DNA of 64,000 nt from Candidatus Poribacteria bacterium (GCA_965215015.1 OZ244042.1:2848001-2912000); one strand, 5' to 3'; numbered from the stretch's first letter, positions 1 through 9,858 are shown. Notes: generated by a model from the letters alone, not told the origin. Program-made: numbers and translations.

Positions 1-231
1 GTTGTGCGTTGTATAATAAGCTTTCAGTACGTAAGTGCGGCCAGGCTGAATATCGGCGAGTGGAGTCACCTCAACGGGATCGGCGGGCAGGTCAAAGCGG
101 AAACTCATCAGGTCCGAAAATATCACGCCCTGCGGCGCGGCCTCGTTAATAAACACCCCCCCAGTAAACATCAAACTGAGGATAAAAAACACACTTAATT
201 TCCGAAAATTTACATTTCTTGGCTTAACCAT
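1..231 (-). CDS. 5' end of a secreted giant surface protein, paralog of 30228..37163 (runs off the window edge)
   Basis: Manual translation from ATG at 231: MVKPRNVNFRKLSVFFILSLMFTGGVFINEAAPQGVIFSDLMSFRFDLPADPVEVTPLADIQPGRTYVLKAYYTTHN. This aligns with the N-terminus of the 2311-aa ORF (MIKPRNVNFRKLSVFFVIG...EAAPQGLIFSDLISF...IEPGSTYWMRALYTTHN). RBS-like GAAAGGA lies upstream. Confidence 0.9.
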   Translation of the reverse strand, partial: MVKPRNVNFRKLSVFFILSLMFTGGVFINEAAPQGVIFSDLMSFRFDLPADPVEVTPLADIQPGRTYVLKAYYTTHN

Positions 232-470
232 AATAAAATCCTTTCGTGGGAAAATTTAATTTCAGATTAACTCAATAACAATAGATCCTTTTCACGTCTT
301 ACAACCCCTACTGCAAAAGATAACGTTCTGCCTATTGGCCCTCTTGTCATTCATTAGGTCAATTATGCACCAAAACGTTGTTGAAAACAGAAAAGGCTAA
401 TGGTGAAATAAAAGGTTTTGAATACACAGTTCTATAATACAATCGATCGAAAGATTTGTCGATCGAAATC
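232..470 (-). promoter_or_regulatory. Conserved promoter and long 5' leader of the giant-protein paralog (copy 1)
   Basis: Near-identical to 37164..37410. On the minus strand TCGACA-N17-TATTAT is present in both copies. Confidence 0.7.
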
Positions 471-581
471 GAAAGCAATTTTTGGCTTGACAAGAAAATC
501 GTTTTCCTGTATTTTCTAAACTAGCACTCAAGATTTTAAGGGGCCTTACACGATAGAAAAAAGCATCTGGAGGTATACAGC

Positions 582-1460
582 ATGGTATTTGGTACAGGTA
601 AATATAGATACACAGTCGCAGAAAATTGGGACAAAACGCCCGACGGTTGGAAGTGGGGCTGGATTCCGGCAGTGGCAACCGATTCACAAGATCGGGTCTT
701 TGTTTACTCTCGTAGTGAAAATCCACTGGCGGTTTTCGATCGGGACGGTAATTTCTTGGAGACATGGGGCAGCGGCATTCTCCCTCCCGAAGCGGCGCAC
801 GGCCTCTACATCGATGCTGAAGACAATGTGTATTGCACTGACAATAGCAACCACTGTGTCTTCAAATTCAATCGAAATGGGGAACTCACGATGACATTGG
901 GCACGCCCGGCGAAGCTGCCCCGGCGGATGGTGATCCCTTCAATTCTCCGACCGATCTGGCAATTGCCTCCACCGGCGAGTTGTTCATCTCAGATGGCTA
1001 CGGCAATGCACGCGTCCACAAGTATTCGCCCAATGGCGAACTGCTGCTGTCGTGGGGTGAGCGCGGCACTGGACCTGGGCAATTTGCTTTGTCACATTGC
1101 GTCCGCATAGACAGAGAGGATCGGGTCTGGATCTGCGACCGTTCAAATAACCGCCTCCAAATTTTCGATACAGATGGAAATTACTTGACCGAATGGACTG
1201 ATGTCCCACAACCTAACACAATTTACTTTGATCCCAACGATGAGGTGGTTTATGTCGCTGGATTAGATCATGAGTTCCTCATCTATACGTTAGAGGGCGA
1301 ACTAATGACCCGATGGGGCGGTGCAGAATCGAGTGAAGTACCGGGCGAGTTTCTCGGTGGTGCTCACGGTCTCTGGATGGATTCGTACGGCGACCTCTAC
1401 ATGGGTGAAGTGATGTTGGGAGAGCACGCTCGGATGCAAAAGTTCATCCGTCAAACCTAA
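582..1460 (+). CDS. NHL-repeat beta-propeller protein (peptidyl-alpha-hydroxyglycine amidating lyase-like)
   Basis: Repeated NHL motifs (FNSPTDLAIASTGELFISDGYGNARVHKY; GQFALSHCVRIDREDRVWICDRSNNRLQIFD). GGAGG RBS. Confidence 0.9.
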   Translation: MVFGTGKYRYTVAENWDKTPDGWKWGWIPAVATDSQDRVFVYSRSENPLAVFDRDGNFLETWGSGILPPEAAHGLYIDAEDNVYCTDNSNHCVFKFNRNGELTMTLGTPGEAAPADGDPFNSPTDLAIASTGELFISDGYGNARVHKYSPNGELLLSWGERGTGPGQFALSHCVRIDREDRVWICDRSNNRLQIFDTDGNYLTEWTDVPQPNTIYFDPNDEVVYVAGLDHEFLIYTLEGELMTRWGGAESSEVPGEFLGGAHGLWMDSYGDLYMGEVMLGEHARMQKFIRQT

Positions 1461-1511
1461 AAGGTAACGAGCAATTGTTTGAGCATAGGCGGAATCGAGG
1501 GAGAAACGGCT

Positions 1512-2549
1512 ATGAATACAATGAAGGCAGCGATTTATACTGGCATCGAACAGATAGACCTCCAAGAAGTTGAGAAAAAGCCGCCTGAACCGGGGTATGT
1601 TACGATCGACACCAGGTGTACAGGCATCTGCGGTAGTGATCTCCATAGCTATTTTGGTCACTGGGGTCAATCCAATACCCTCGCTGCAGGTCACGAAACG
1701 TGCGGGATAGTTGTTGAACTTGGGGAAGGTGTTACGACACTCCAACCGGGCGATAAGGTCACTATCGAATGTTTCTCACACTGTAGGAATTGTGTCTACT
1801 GTCGGAAAGGCTACTATAACCACTGTCTGGAACGCCAATGGGTCTCGCACAACACACACGGTGGCTTTTCGGAGTATACTACCGCTCACGCTTCGGGCCT
1901 TTTCAAGCTGTCGGAGAGCATGAGTTTTGAGGAAGGGGCCTTGGTGGAGCCGCTCGCAGTCTCTTACCGTGCTGTCGGACAGGCGCGGGCGACCTATCAA
2001 GATCGCGTCGCAGTTATAGGTGGAGGAACAATCGGACAATACACCTTGGCAGCGGCGGTAGCAGCGGGTGTCAAAGAGACACTCATCACGGTCAAGTATG
2101 ATCAGCAAGCTGAACTTGCAAAGAAACTGGGGGCTGACCATGTGGTGCACATCGGCGAAACCGATCCCACGGAGTATGTGAAGGACATCACCGGTGGGCG
2201 TGGGATGGACGCTGTGATTGAAACCGTTGGTGGTGGGCACAACTTCGACGATGCAATGGCTATGGTCAGAAGCCGTGGGGTCGTTGTCCTTGTCGCAGGA
2301 TATTACGAACCGCTAAAGGTGAACTTGGGACGGATCGTTGGATCGGAGGCGGTTGTTACCGGCTCCAACTGTTACGGTTACACCGGCATGGACACCGACT
2401 TTGAGGCTGCCATCGAACTTATCGCGTCGGGTAGGGTTGATGCGACAGCACTGGTGACCCATCGGTTCCCACTGACGGAGGTTACTGAAGCTTTTAAGAT
2501 TTCTGCCGATAAGCGTTCCGGGGCAATTAAAGTGCACCTGTGCCAGTAA
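1512..2549 (+). CDS. Zinc-dependent alcohol/sugar-alcohol dehydrogenase (MDR family)
   Basis: GICGSDLH and GHETCG catalytic Zn motifs, CxxCxxCx7C structural Zn site, GGGTIG Rossmann motif. Confidence 0.93.
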   Translation: MNTMKAAIYTGIEQIDLQEVEKKPPEPGYVTIDTRCTGICGSDLHSYFGHWGQSNTLAAGHETCGIVVELGEGVTTLQPGDKVTIECFSHCRNCVYCRKGYYNHCLERQWVSHNTHGGFSEYTTAHASGLFKLSESMSFEEGALVEPLAVSYRAVGQARATYQDRVAVIGGGTIGQYTLAAAVAAGVKETLITVKYDQQAELAKKLGADHVVHIGETDPTEYVKDITGGRGMDAVIETVGGGHNFDDAMAMVRSRGVVVLVAGYYEPLKVNLGRIVGSEAVVTGSNCYGYTGMDTDFEAAIELIASGRVDATALVTHRFPLTEVTEAFKISADKRSGAIKVHLCQ

Positions 2550-2648
2550 CGTGAAACGTGATTGGTTGATTGGCATTGGGTTTCCCTATCGTTTAACCCA
2601 ACCTACAGCACTCTGAGATTTCACGCATCAGTAAAGGAAACTCCAATA

Positions 2649-3494
2649 ATGCTTATCGAGCTCCTCCCGACGACAGTCCGTATGTCAGCACCATTGGCTT
2701 TGGCGGCACTCGGTGGTGTCTACTCGGAACGGTCTGGCGTGGTGAACATCGGACTCGAAGGCATGATGCTTATGGGCGCATTTGGCTATGTGATTGGGAC
2801 ACATGCGTCTGCTTCCCCGTGGATCGGATTAGTCATTGGCATCGGTCTCGGCGGCGGGATGGGGCTGCTCCACGCGCTCGCATCTATTACTTTCCGGGCG
2901 GACCAAATTGTCAGCGGGGTATCAATCAACTTGCTGGCAATTGGTATTACAGAATTTCTCGGACGCAGTGGGACCTCTCGGCGGGTGGAGGGCTTGAACC
3001 ATTGGGATTTGCCACTAATCGGATCGTATTCGTTCGTTGTATATCTGATACCTATCCTTGTGATTATCAGTCAGATTATCCTGTTCAGAACAGTGTTGGG
3101 GCTCCGCTTATGTGCAGCAGGTGAATCCACCGAAGTGCTGGATGCCCTTGGACTCAGTCGGTCAAGACAGCAATATCTCGGCGTACTGATCAGTGGTCTC
3201 CTCGCTGCGACCGGCGGGTGTCTTTTGGCGTCCGAAGCCCACTATTTCACCAAGGGAATGACTGCCGGGCGTGGATATGTCGCATTGGCAGCGGTCATTT
3301 TTGGCAAGTGGAAACCCCTCGGATCGGGTGCCGCCTGCCTGCTGTTCGGATTCGCGAGTGCTTTGGAACTAGCCAATCGCTGGCACATCCCCCCCCAGTT
3401 ACTCAACAGTCTTCCCTATCTACTCACCATGATTGTACTTGTGGGCGTAATCGGTAAAGCGAATCTACCAGCGAGTTTGGGCAAACACCATTGA
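2649..3494 (+). CDS. ABC transporter permease (nucleoside/sugar, BPD_transp_2 type)
   Basis: SERSGVVNIGLEGMMLMGAF and GRGYVALAAVIFGKWKP motifs; multiple TM helices. Confidence 0.9.
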   Translation: MLIELLPTTVRMSAPLALAALGGVYSERSGVVNIGLEGMMLMGAFGYVIGTHASASPWIGLVIGIGLGGGMGLLHALASITFRADQIVSGVSINLLAIGITEFLGRSGTSRRVEGLNHWDLPLIGSYSFVVYLIPILVIISQIILFRTVLGLRLCAAGESTEVLDALGLSRSRQQYLGVLISGLLAATGGCLLASEAHYFTKGMTAGRGYVALAAVIFGKWKPLGSGAACLLFGFASALELANRWHIPPQLLNSLPYLLTMIVLVGVIGKANLPASLGKHH

Positions 3495-3609
3495 CCGTGG
3501 TACGGAACACACGGGCCTATTGTTTTTCCCGCCAGTCCATCTTTGCTAGAGCGTATGAATTCAAATATTTAAAATGTTTACGGGCAATTCGCTAATAATG
3601 TTTACCCGA

Positions 3610-3967
3610 TAGGGGCTTTAGCTCGTAAAGCCCAAGCATTTATGCTTGGGATATAAGCAAGATTGTTAGGCAATGCCTAACAACCGGCTTTCGCTTTTTT
3701 TTAGATCGCCTGTGAAATGGGGTATACTTGTCTTGTCTTTCGTGGGAGATTTTCACCCCTATCGCACGATAGGATCTCCCACACCCTCGTGAAATAGGTA
3801 AGAAGGATAGAAGGACTCTCCGATGAAAACCTACAAGTTCAAGACGTATAGCCATCACGGCAACCGTGAATTGCAAAAAACGATTGAGACACACGCTGAC
3901 GTCTGGAATTCTAAGTCTAAAAGAATTAAGTAAGAATCCCAAGCCTTTAGGCTGGGAAGTATGTCAA
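3610..3967 (+). mobile_element. Internally deleted non-autonomous IS200/IS605-family (TnpB) element
   Basis: Left-end hairpins (gggcttta-gctcg-taaagccc; cccaagcat-tt-atgcttggg), TnpB-like N-terminal stub MKTYKFKTYSHHGNRELQKTIETHADVWN at 3823-3933, and right end aagaatcccaagcctttaggctgggaagtatgtcaa. Confidence 0.75.
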
Positions 3968-4102
3968 AAATACGGTCCAGGTTATGCAGCTTGGAACGGT
4001 AAATATCCTGACATGAGCTGGTATGGTGAGTTGACAGAAAGGCAAAACCGGATGCTGCAACCTCCACCGATTCGTGGCCATCTCGATGTCGTGAATGGGT
4101 GA
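3968..4102 (+). pseudogene. 3' remnant of a PhyH-family dioxygenase gene
   Basis: KYGPGYAAWNGKYPDMSWYGELTERQNRMLQPP resembles the C-terminus of 23866..24663 (YKFSPGFQAY...EDMTPEQRAVMEAP). No 5' part is present. Confidence 0.6.
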
Positions 4103-4175
4103 TGTTTAAGGACAAACAATCGTCAAACGTCCAAAAGTTGTTGAATCCGATCAAACAAAAAGGAAAGACAAACAT

Positions 4176-4994
4176 ATGAGTTCGCTGAAGAAAGTGCTGG
4201 TCACAGGTGCAACTGGGCAGATTGGCTACATGATATACAAGCGACTTCTTAAACAACCGGACAAATACGAGGCCTATGCCCTCGACTGCAAACGCGCGCC
4301 ATCTGTGCGAGTTCCCAAATCATGGACGCTCGAGATTCCCGACGATAAATTCCAGTTGTGCGACATCTCTAATTTTGATCAGGTCCGACAGGCTGTTGAA
4401 GGCATTGACATCGTTGTGCATCTCGCCGCCGATCCGGGCAGCGGAGACTGGGGGAGTCTACTGAACAATAACATCATCGGGACTTATAACGTCTTTGAAG
4501 CGTGCCGGGAGGCCGGGGTTCGGCAAATCGTCGCCGCCAGCAGTATTATGGTCTCCCAGGGACATCGTGAGAGCGAACCGTACAGGGCGATGATGGAACG
4601 GCGACACGCCGACATACCCGACGATGTTCAAATGATCACTCCAGACACACCCGCAGAGCCGAGAAGTTTGTATGGTTCGACCAAAGTTTGGACAGAGTCT
4701 TTGGCACGGACCTACGCACATCAGCATGAAATGTCGTGTATCTGCGTCCGTATCGGTCAAGTCGAACGCGACCGTCCCCGTCCACCGCAGGGCGCAGACA
4801 TCTACGTGAGCCAGCGGGACGTTGGCCAGATTATCGAGCGGTGTATCAATGCGGATGATAGCTTACGATTTGAGATTTTCTACGGTATGTCAAACAACGA
4901 TTTACGTTGGGTAGACATTGAAAACGCTCGTCGAAAGGTGGGATATGTGCCGCAAGACCGGGCAGAGGATAACCACGACTACGATGAGGATTAG
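4176..4994 (+). CDS. NAD-dependent epimerase/dehydratase (uronate dehydrogenase-like extended SDR)
   Basis: VLVTGATGQIG, VVHLAA and YGSTK (YxxxK) motifs. Confidence 0.9.
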   Translation: MSSLKKVLVTGATGQIGYMIYKRLLKQPDKYEAYALDCKRAPSVRVPKSWTLEIPDDKFQLCDISNFDQVRQAVEGIDIVVHLAADPGSGDWGSLLNNNIIGTYNVFEACREAGVRQIVAASSIMVSQGHRESEPYRAMMERRHADIPDDVQMITPDTPAEPRSLYGSTKVWTESLARTYAHQHEMSCICVRIGQVERDRPRPPQGADIYVSQRDVGQIIERCINADDSLRFEIFYGMSNNDLRWVDIENARRKVGYVPQDRAEDNHDYDED

Positions 4995-5024
4995 AAACGG
5001 TAGCATTACGTGAAGGATAATAAT

Positions 5025-5150
5025 ATGGACGCCCAAAAAGTCAGAATCGGAATCGTGGGCTGGCACGGCTTGCAACGCAGATGGCCTATTCCTTGCTGAC
5101 CTATATCAAAAACGAGGCGCGGATTTCCGAAGTCGAGTATCATGAGCTGA
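5025..5150 (+). pseudogene. Remnant of a Gfo/Idh/MocA-type oxidoreductase
   Basis: AAGGA RBS followed by MDAQKVRIGIVG, then the frame breaks down. Confidence 0.4.
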
Positions 5151-5193
5151 CCCCACACTGCATCACCCGCATAAAATTTGTTGATGGCTGACT

Positions 5194-6636
5194 TCAGTGT
5201 GCTATAGACTTGCGCCCGCGGCTCAACCGATTGTGCAATGCCTGTCTTGACATCCCCAACAGCCGGGCGGCAATAGTCTGGTTTCCGTCGGAACGCTTGA
5301 GAGCCTCCATAATCAACGACTGTTCAGCATCTTTCAAGGTGGGTAATTGATCTAAAGTCGGTAGTAGATCTGTGAATGGAAGCGGATTTTCTCGACCATT
5401 GTCGGCTTCATCTGCTTGATTCACGAGATTTTGGCACCCAATTTTAGCTTCAAAGGATTTCATAGAAAGCACCCCGCGCTTATGTCTGCTGACTGCATCA
5501 AAAATCATGCTCTCCAGTTCTCGTATATTACCGGGGAAGTGATAAACCTCAAGCAGCGTAGAAAACTCTGCGGGGAGCGTTGGTTTATTTTTGCCAAACT
5601 GTTCCGCCGCTTTGTCCAGAAAGTGTTCGATCAGTAAGGGCAAATCTTCCCGTCGGTCACGAAGCGGCGGCAGGTGAATATGATGTGTTTGAAGTCGATA
5701 GTACAGGTCTCTGCGAAATGTTTCCGCTTTCGTTAACGCATCAATGTCCCGATTCGTTGCAACGATAATCCTCGCATCGGTCAATTTTGGCACATCCTCA
5801 CCCAGCGGATAGTACTTCCCTTCCTGTAAAAGGCGCAACAACTTGACCTGCGATTCTATGCTGAGATCTCCTATCTCATCCAGAAAGAGAGTCCCTCCGG
5901 AAGCTCGATCAACCAATCCGTTACGCGCTGCATCTGCCCCAGTAAAAGCCCCCTTTTTATGTCCGAAGAGGGTATCTGCGAACAGGTGGTCATCCAAACC
6001 TGCCACATTGACCGTAACTAATTCACCGGTTCGTCCACTGAGTCGGTGGAGGGCTTTGGCGACTAACTCTTTACCCACACCGGTTTCTCCAGTAATCAAC
6101 ACTGGTAGTGCATTTTCGGCGATAGCTTCGATATATTGGAAAGTAGATCGCATGACAGGATTTTGGGTGATAATTTCGGAAAAAAGATCAGGCTGCTCCA
6201 GCTTATTGGAAAGGAGATAATCCCTGAGACGTGTGTTCTCATCGCGTAACCCCCTGACCTCTATCGCCCGCCGGACCGTTGTTACCAGACGCACTTTGTC
6301 CACAGGTTTTACCAAGTAATCGAAAGTCCCTTCTTTCATACAGTCAACGGCTGTTTTGACTTCATTGACCGCCGTGATGATGATTACTGGGAGCTCTGGG
6401 AAATCTTTTACAACCATTGGAAGCAGATCCCAACCCGATAGATGGGGCATCAGCATATCCAACACAACGACAGAAAAGTCCCCTGCGGAAAGAATTGACA
6501 TAACATTACGGCTATCTTGGCATTGTATAACATTATCAATGCCTTCCGAATTCAGACTTAAGCTAGCACTGAAGAGGAACTGTGCCTCGTCATCTACTAG
6601 TAAAACAGGGAGAGCAGGAAAAGCGGTTGAATTCAT
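5194..6636 (-). CDS. Sigma54-dependent (NtrC-family) response regulator
   Basis: Receiver domain (LLVDDE, LDMLMP), AAA+ GETGVGKE, GAFTGA, LFLDEIGD, and C-terminal Fis-type HTH (GNQTIAARLLGMSR). Confidence 0.95.
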   Translation of the reverse strand: MNSTAFPALPVLLVDDEAQFLFSASLSLNSEGIDNVIQCQDSRNVMSILSAGDFSVVVLDMLMPHLSGWDLLPMVVKDFPELPVIIITAVNEVKTAVDCMKEGTFDYLVKPVDKVRLVTTVRRAIEVRGLRDENTRLRDYLLSNKLEQPDLFSEIITQNPVMRSTFQYIEAIAENALPVLITGETGVGKELVAKALHRLSGRTGELVTVNVAGLDDHLFADTLFGHKKGAFTGADAARNGLVDRASGGTLFLDEIGDLSIESQVKLLRLLQEGKYYPLGEDVPKLTDARIIVATNRDIDALTKAETFRRDLYYRLQTHHIHLPPLRDRREDLPLLIEHFLDKAAEQFGKNKPTLPAEFSTLLEVYHFPGNIRELESMIFDAVSRHKRGVLSMKSFEAKIGCQNLVNQADEADNGRENPLPFTDLLPTLDQLPTLKDAEQSLIMEALKRSDGNQTIAARLLGMSRQALHNRLSRGRKSIAH

Positions 6637-6744
6637 GCGCTCATCTCCATTCCAAAAGTGAGGGCACGACGTTCAGTCGTTGATTTTCTCATTGGATAAA
6701 GGAGCATGTTGTTACTACTGTTTTTCAGATAAAAAAATTAAAAC

Positions 6745-8796
6745 CTAATCCAGCATAATCCGCCGAGAAACGGGCAGCATGACAGTGGCAGTTGTGCCTT
6801 TGCCAAATCTTGAAGTGAAGTGTAGATGTCCCCCGTGGTTCTTCACGATATTATAAGAAACTGACAGACCTAACCCTGTGCCGCCGGTGTCCCGCTTGGT
6901 AGTGAAAAAGGGTTCGATGATGTGATTCAAATTTTCAGGGGGAATCCCTTCTCCCTCATCTCGCACTCTAATGGTAATCAGGTCCGACTTTTCGTTATAA
7001 GATGTTGAGACAAACAGGCTCTTTTGGGGGGATTGGAGTGCTTGGCACGAATTGGTTATCAAATTGATGATAACCTGTTCAAGCTGCTGTGAATTTCCCC
7101 GAATTTTGGGTAGATTTTCTTCCAATTCCACAAAGGGGTGATGGGTTGATTTTTTAATCAGATTGTTCACGATAACCATTGCGGATTCGACGACTGCGTT
7201 GGGGTCAACCGGCTGATCTAGATCGCCCGCATCCCGACGTGCAAGGCCGCCCAATGCCTCGACAATTTTCCCAATACGCGCGGCACCCTCTGATATTCCC
7301 GAAATCAATTGGCCGATTTTCTCGTGTGCCCGGGTGTAAGGCATTCCTGCTAACAGAAAATCGCCATTCTCTTCATAGTATTTTTGGAGGATGGGCATGA
7401 CATTCTGCCAAGCCATGGCGAGGATTTCTCCGTTAAGCATGATGAAGTTATTCGGGTTATTGATTTCATGTGCGACTCCGGAGACCAAAATACCGAGCGA
7501 TGCCATTTTGTCTGCCTGAATTAACTGTTGCTGCTGCGATTCAGCAAGCTCCTCCGCTCGTTTACGTTTGGTGATTTCCTGTGCGCTTCCCGCGCAGCGG
7601 TAAATTTTCCCCTCTTTGTTTCGGACCGGAAAAATATGCGCTTCAATCCAGCGAACCTCGCCATCAGGGCGCACGATCCGATACTCATACTCGACAAACT
7701 CCCCACGGCTCTGTTTCTCGAAGTTGGCCATGACCTCCTCCCGGTCCTCCGGGTGGACAGCATCTAACCAAGACTCCGGCTGCGCTATCAGACTCTCGCA
7801 GCTGCGACCCCAAATCTCCTCATACGCCGGATTAATAAAATAGATTTGGCTCCCATCAAGAGAAGTTAACCAGAAAACCTCTCGTAAATTTTCCGCCAGT
7901 TGGCGAAATCGCTGCTCGCTCTCATGGAGTGCCTTTTCTGCCTTCATCTGCTCGGTGATGTCGCGGATAATGCCTTGGTATCCTATCACCGTCCCGTCAG
8001 CTGCGCGCCTCACCGTTGAAGTCACTAGACAATCTATCTGCGTTCCATCCTTCCTCCGGAATTTCAATTCATAATCTCTCACCGATCCCTTTCGCTCAAT
8101 CTCCCGCTGAAACACACTCCGATCTTCGGGATGGACATATAACTTCCGAACGTTCATTCCGATTAATTCATCACGGGGGTAGCTAAGCAAATCTAACCCT
8201 GCTTGATTGACATCAAGGATTTTGCCTTCGCGGGTGTTCATATAAACAGCATCTCTCGATTCGCCAAAAAGGGTACGGTATCGCGTTTCGCTCCGCCGGA
8301 GTGCTGTCTCCGCCTGCTTATACCGGGTGATATCACGCCACACCGATCTGCCGTAAAGGACATTTCCTTCTTCATCACGAACCGATGAAACGTTCAAGCT
8401 CACATAAATTTTGCTCCCATCTTTTCGTTTTAATACAAGTTCAGCATCATGGACTTCACCTGTTTTCACAAAGGATTGGAACACCTTGTGTGCGTCTTTA
8501 ATACAATCTGGATGATACCTCTCGAAAATGGAATGACCGATAATCTCCTCTCTAGTATAGCCTAGCGTCTCGACCACCGTCTGATTGCACCGAATAATGT
8601 TAGCTGTCCTGGCATCCACGAAAACGAACATATCCGGTGCGTTATCGTAGAGATCGTAATAGGTCCTCCCCGACTGTTCCAAATTTTCCAAAGTGCCCTT
8701 ATACCGTGCTCCCGCCTGTTCTAACTCCGCAACACGCTGACGGATTTCCATCAGTTCATCAAACAGTTGTGCTCTCGCTTTATCTTCGTCTTTCAT
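6745..8796 (-). CDS. Cytoplasmic triple PAS/PAC sensor histidine kinase
   Basis: Three PAS-PAC units ending in RDIT/QEIT, H-box GVAHEINNP, and N, D, G boxes (DEGEGI, GTGLGLS). No TM segment. Confidence 0.95.
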   Translation of the reverse strand: MKDEDKARAQLFDELMEIRQRVAELEQAGARYKGTLENLEQSGRTYYDLYDNAPDMFVFVDARTANIIRCNQTVVETLGYTREEIIGHSIFERYHPDCIKDAHKVFQSFVKTGEVHDAELVLKRKDGSKIYVSLNVSSVRDEEGNVLYGRSVWRDITRYKQAETALRRSETRYRTLFGESRDAVYMNTREGKILDVNQAGLDLLSYPRDELIGMNVRKLYVHPEDRSVFQREIERKGSVRDYELKFRRKDGTQIDCLVTSTVRRAADGTVIGYQGIIRDITEQMKAEKALHESEQRFRQLAENLREVFWLTSLDGSQIYFINPAYEEIWGRSCESLIAQPESWLDAVHPEDREEVMANFEKQSRGEFVEYEYRIVRPDGEVRWIEAHIFPVRNKEGKIYRCAGSAQEITKRKRAEELAESQQQQLIQADKMASLGILVSGVAHEINNPNNFIMLNGEILAMAWQNVMPILQKYYEENGDFLLAGMPYTRAHEKIGQLISGISEGAARIGKIVEALGGLARRDAGDLDQPVDPNAVVESAMVIVNNLIKKSTHHPFVELEENLPKIRGNSQQLEQVIINLITNSCQALQSPQKSLFVSTSYNEKSDLITIRVRDEGEGIPPENLNHIIEPFFTTKRDTGGTGLGLSVSYNIVKNHGGHLHFTSRFGKGTTATVMLPVSRRIMLD

Positions 8797-8847
8797 TTTG
8801 GACTCCTCCTTGCTTTAGCCCCAGCAGGGCGAAAAATGTATTAGGTT

Positions 8848-9069
8848 TCACACAATCGCCGCCACCAACGCGCTTTCACTGTAAAGCAACGCACGGGCGA
8901 AAGTGCCCTCGCCACGAAAATTTGGCGCATTCCACTGTCGTGGTGCCCTGTAATATGCCGTTACGAGGCGATCTCCCAGTTTGACCGTGGAAGGATAGCC
9001 CAAGTCATTGTCGCCGAGGTCGTCACAAACAATCAGCCGCCGTCGCTTGGGAGTAAACCAAAATAGGGG
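8848..9069 (-). pseudogene. 3' remnant of a BNR/sialidase-family gene
   Basis: Manual translation ...RRLIVCDDLGDNDLGYPSTVKLGDRLVTAYYRAP...AAIV* matches the DxGYPS last-blade motif. No start codon; in-frame stop upstream at 9070-9072. Confidence 0.6.
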
Positions 9070-9081
9070 TCAACAACAACG

Positions 9082-9858
9082 TCAATTGGGTTGAACGATT
9101 AATCGAGCCAATTCTTTGCCCCGCGAAGACAGCGTTTCATAAAGCGCACGTGGGATCGAGGGACGCAGATCTGGCAAACGGAACCAAGGTGCGAAATATC
9201 CAACGCTGGTCATCGGTCGAATTTCAACCGAATTATTGGCGGTGCCGCCATGCCAGCAGCGCACATCCCGGATGAGTGCCGTTCCGGCTGGGGCACAGAT
9301 AATTGACTGCTTCATACGGTCAGGTTCCTCTTCCATCGTCGGCACTGGCTGACGAGTCCGGTGGGTACCCGGTACAAATCGGATAGCACCGTTGATTTTT
9401 TTGAATTCAACCATCAGGAAATTTACAACGATATATGGTGTCGGTACATCGTGGATTGTCACTAGACCCAAGGGATCCTTAAAAACATCCCTGATATCGG
9501 CGTGCAGGTGTTGTTCTTTCGCGCCGGGGGTAGAGTAATCACCACCGCCGCCGGAACAGATGTAATCGGAACTCCCCCAAATTGCTTCCACTATTGGCAG
9601 AATGGTCGGTAGATCGATAAGCTGAACCCACTCCGGATGATGAAGTTGAGACCCAAAGGAGTAGCGAGCATACCCTCGGTTTGCGTCCTCAAGTGGAATG
9701 TCCCTCATTTGCTGGGCGATAACGCGGGCTGCGCCCGATTGGGCATACGCAAGCTGTTCGGGATTGAGCGCGTCTTTGATGGGGACAAACCCATCTCGTT
9801 GAAAGATAGCAGCTGCTTTTTCAATTTCGGTGGCATCGATAATTTCGACATCAAGCAT
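9082..9858 (-). CDS. Phytanoyl-CoA dioxygenase (PhyH) family Fe/2OG dioxygenase
   Basis: FQRDGF, HLHAD (HxD), FVPGTH and CWHGG motifs. Upstream TTGCAA-N17-TATAAT at 9965-9937. Confidence 0.9.
   Translation of the reverse strand: MLDVEIIDATEIEKAAAIFQRDGFVPIKDALNPEQLAYAQSGAARVIAQQMRDIPLEDANRGYARYSFGSQLHHPEWVQLIDLPTILPIVEAIWGSSDYICSGGGGDYSTPGAKEQHLHADIRDVFKDPLGLVTIHDVPTPYIVVNFLMVEFKKINGAIRFVPGTHRTRQPVPTMEEEPDRMKQSIICAPAGTALIRDVRCWHGGTANNSVEIRPMTSVGYFAPWFRLPDLRPSIPRALYETLSSRGKELARLIVQPN

Noticed and set aside
3866-4102. 78-aa ORF as an intact gene
   Set aside because: It is a chimera: the 5' half reads through the IS605 right end and only the 3' half resembles PhyH.
5058-5075. Possible sigma54 promoter tggcacggcttgca near the NtrC gene
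   Set aside because: The GG-to-GC spacing is 8 nt instead of the required 10, and it lies inside a pseudogene stub.
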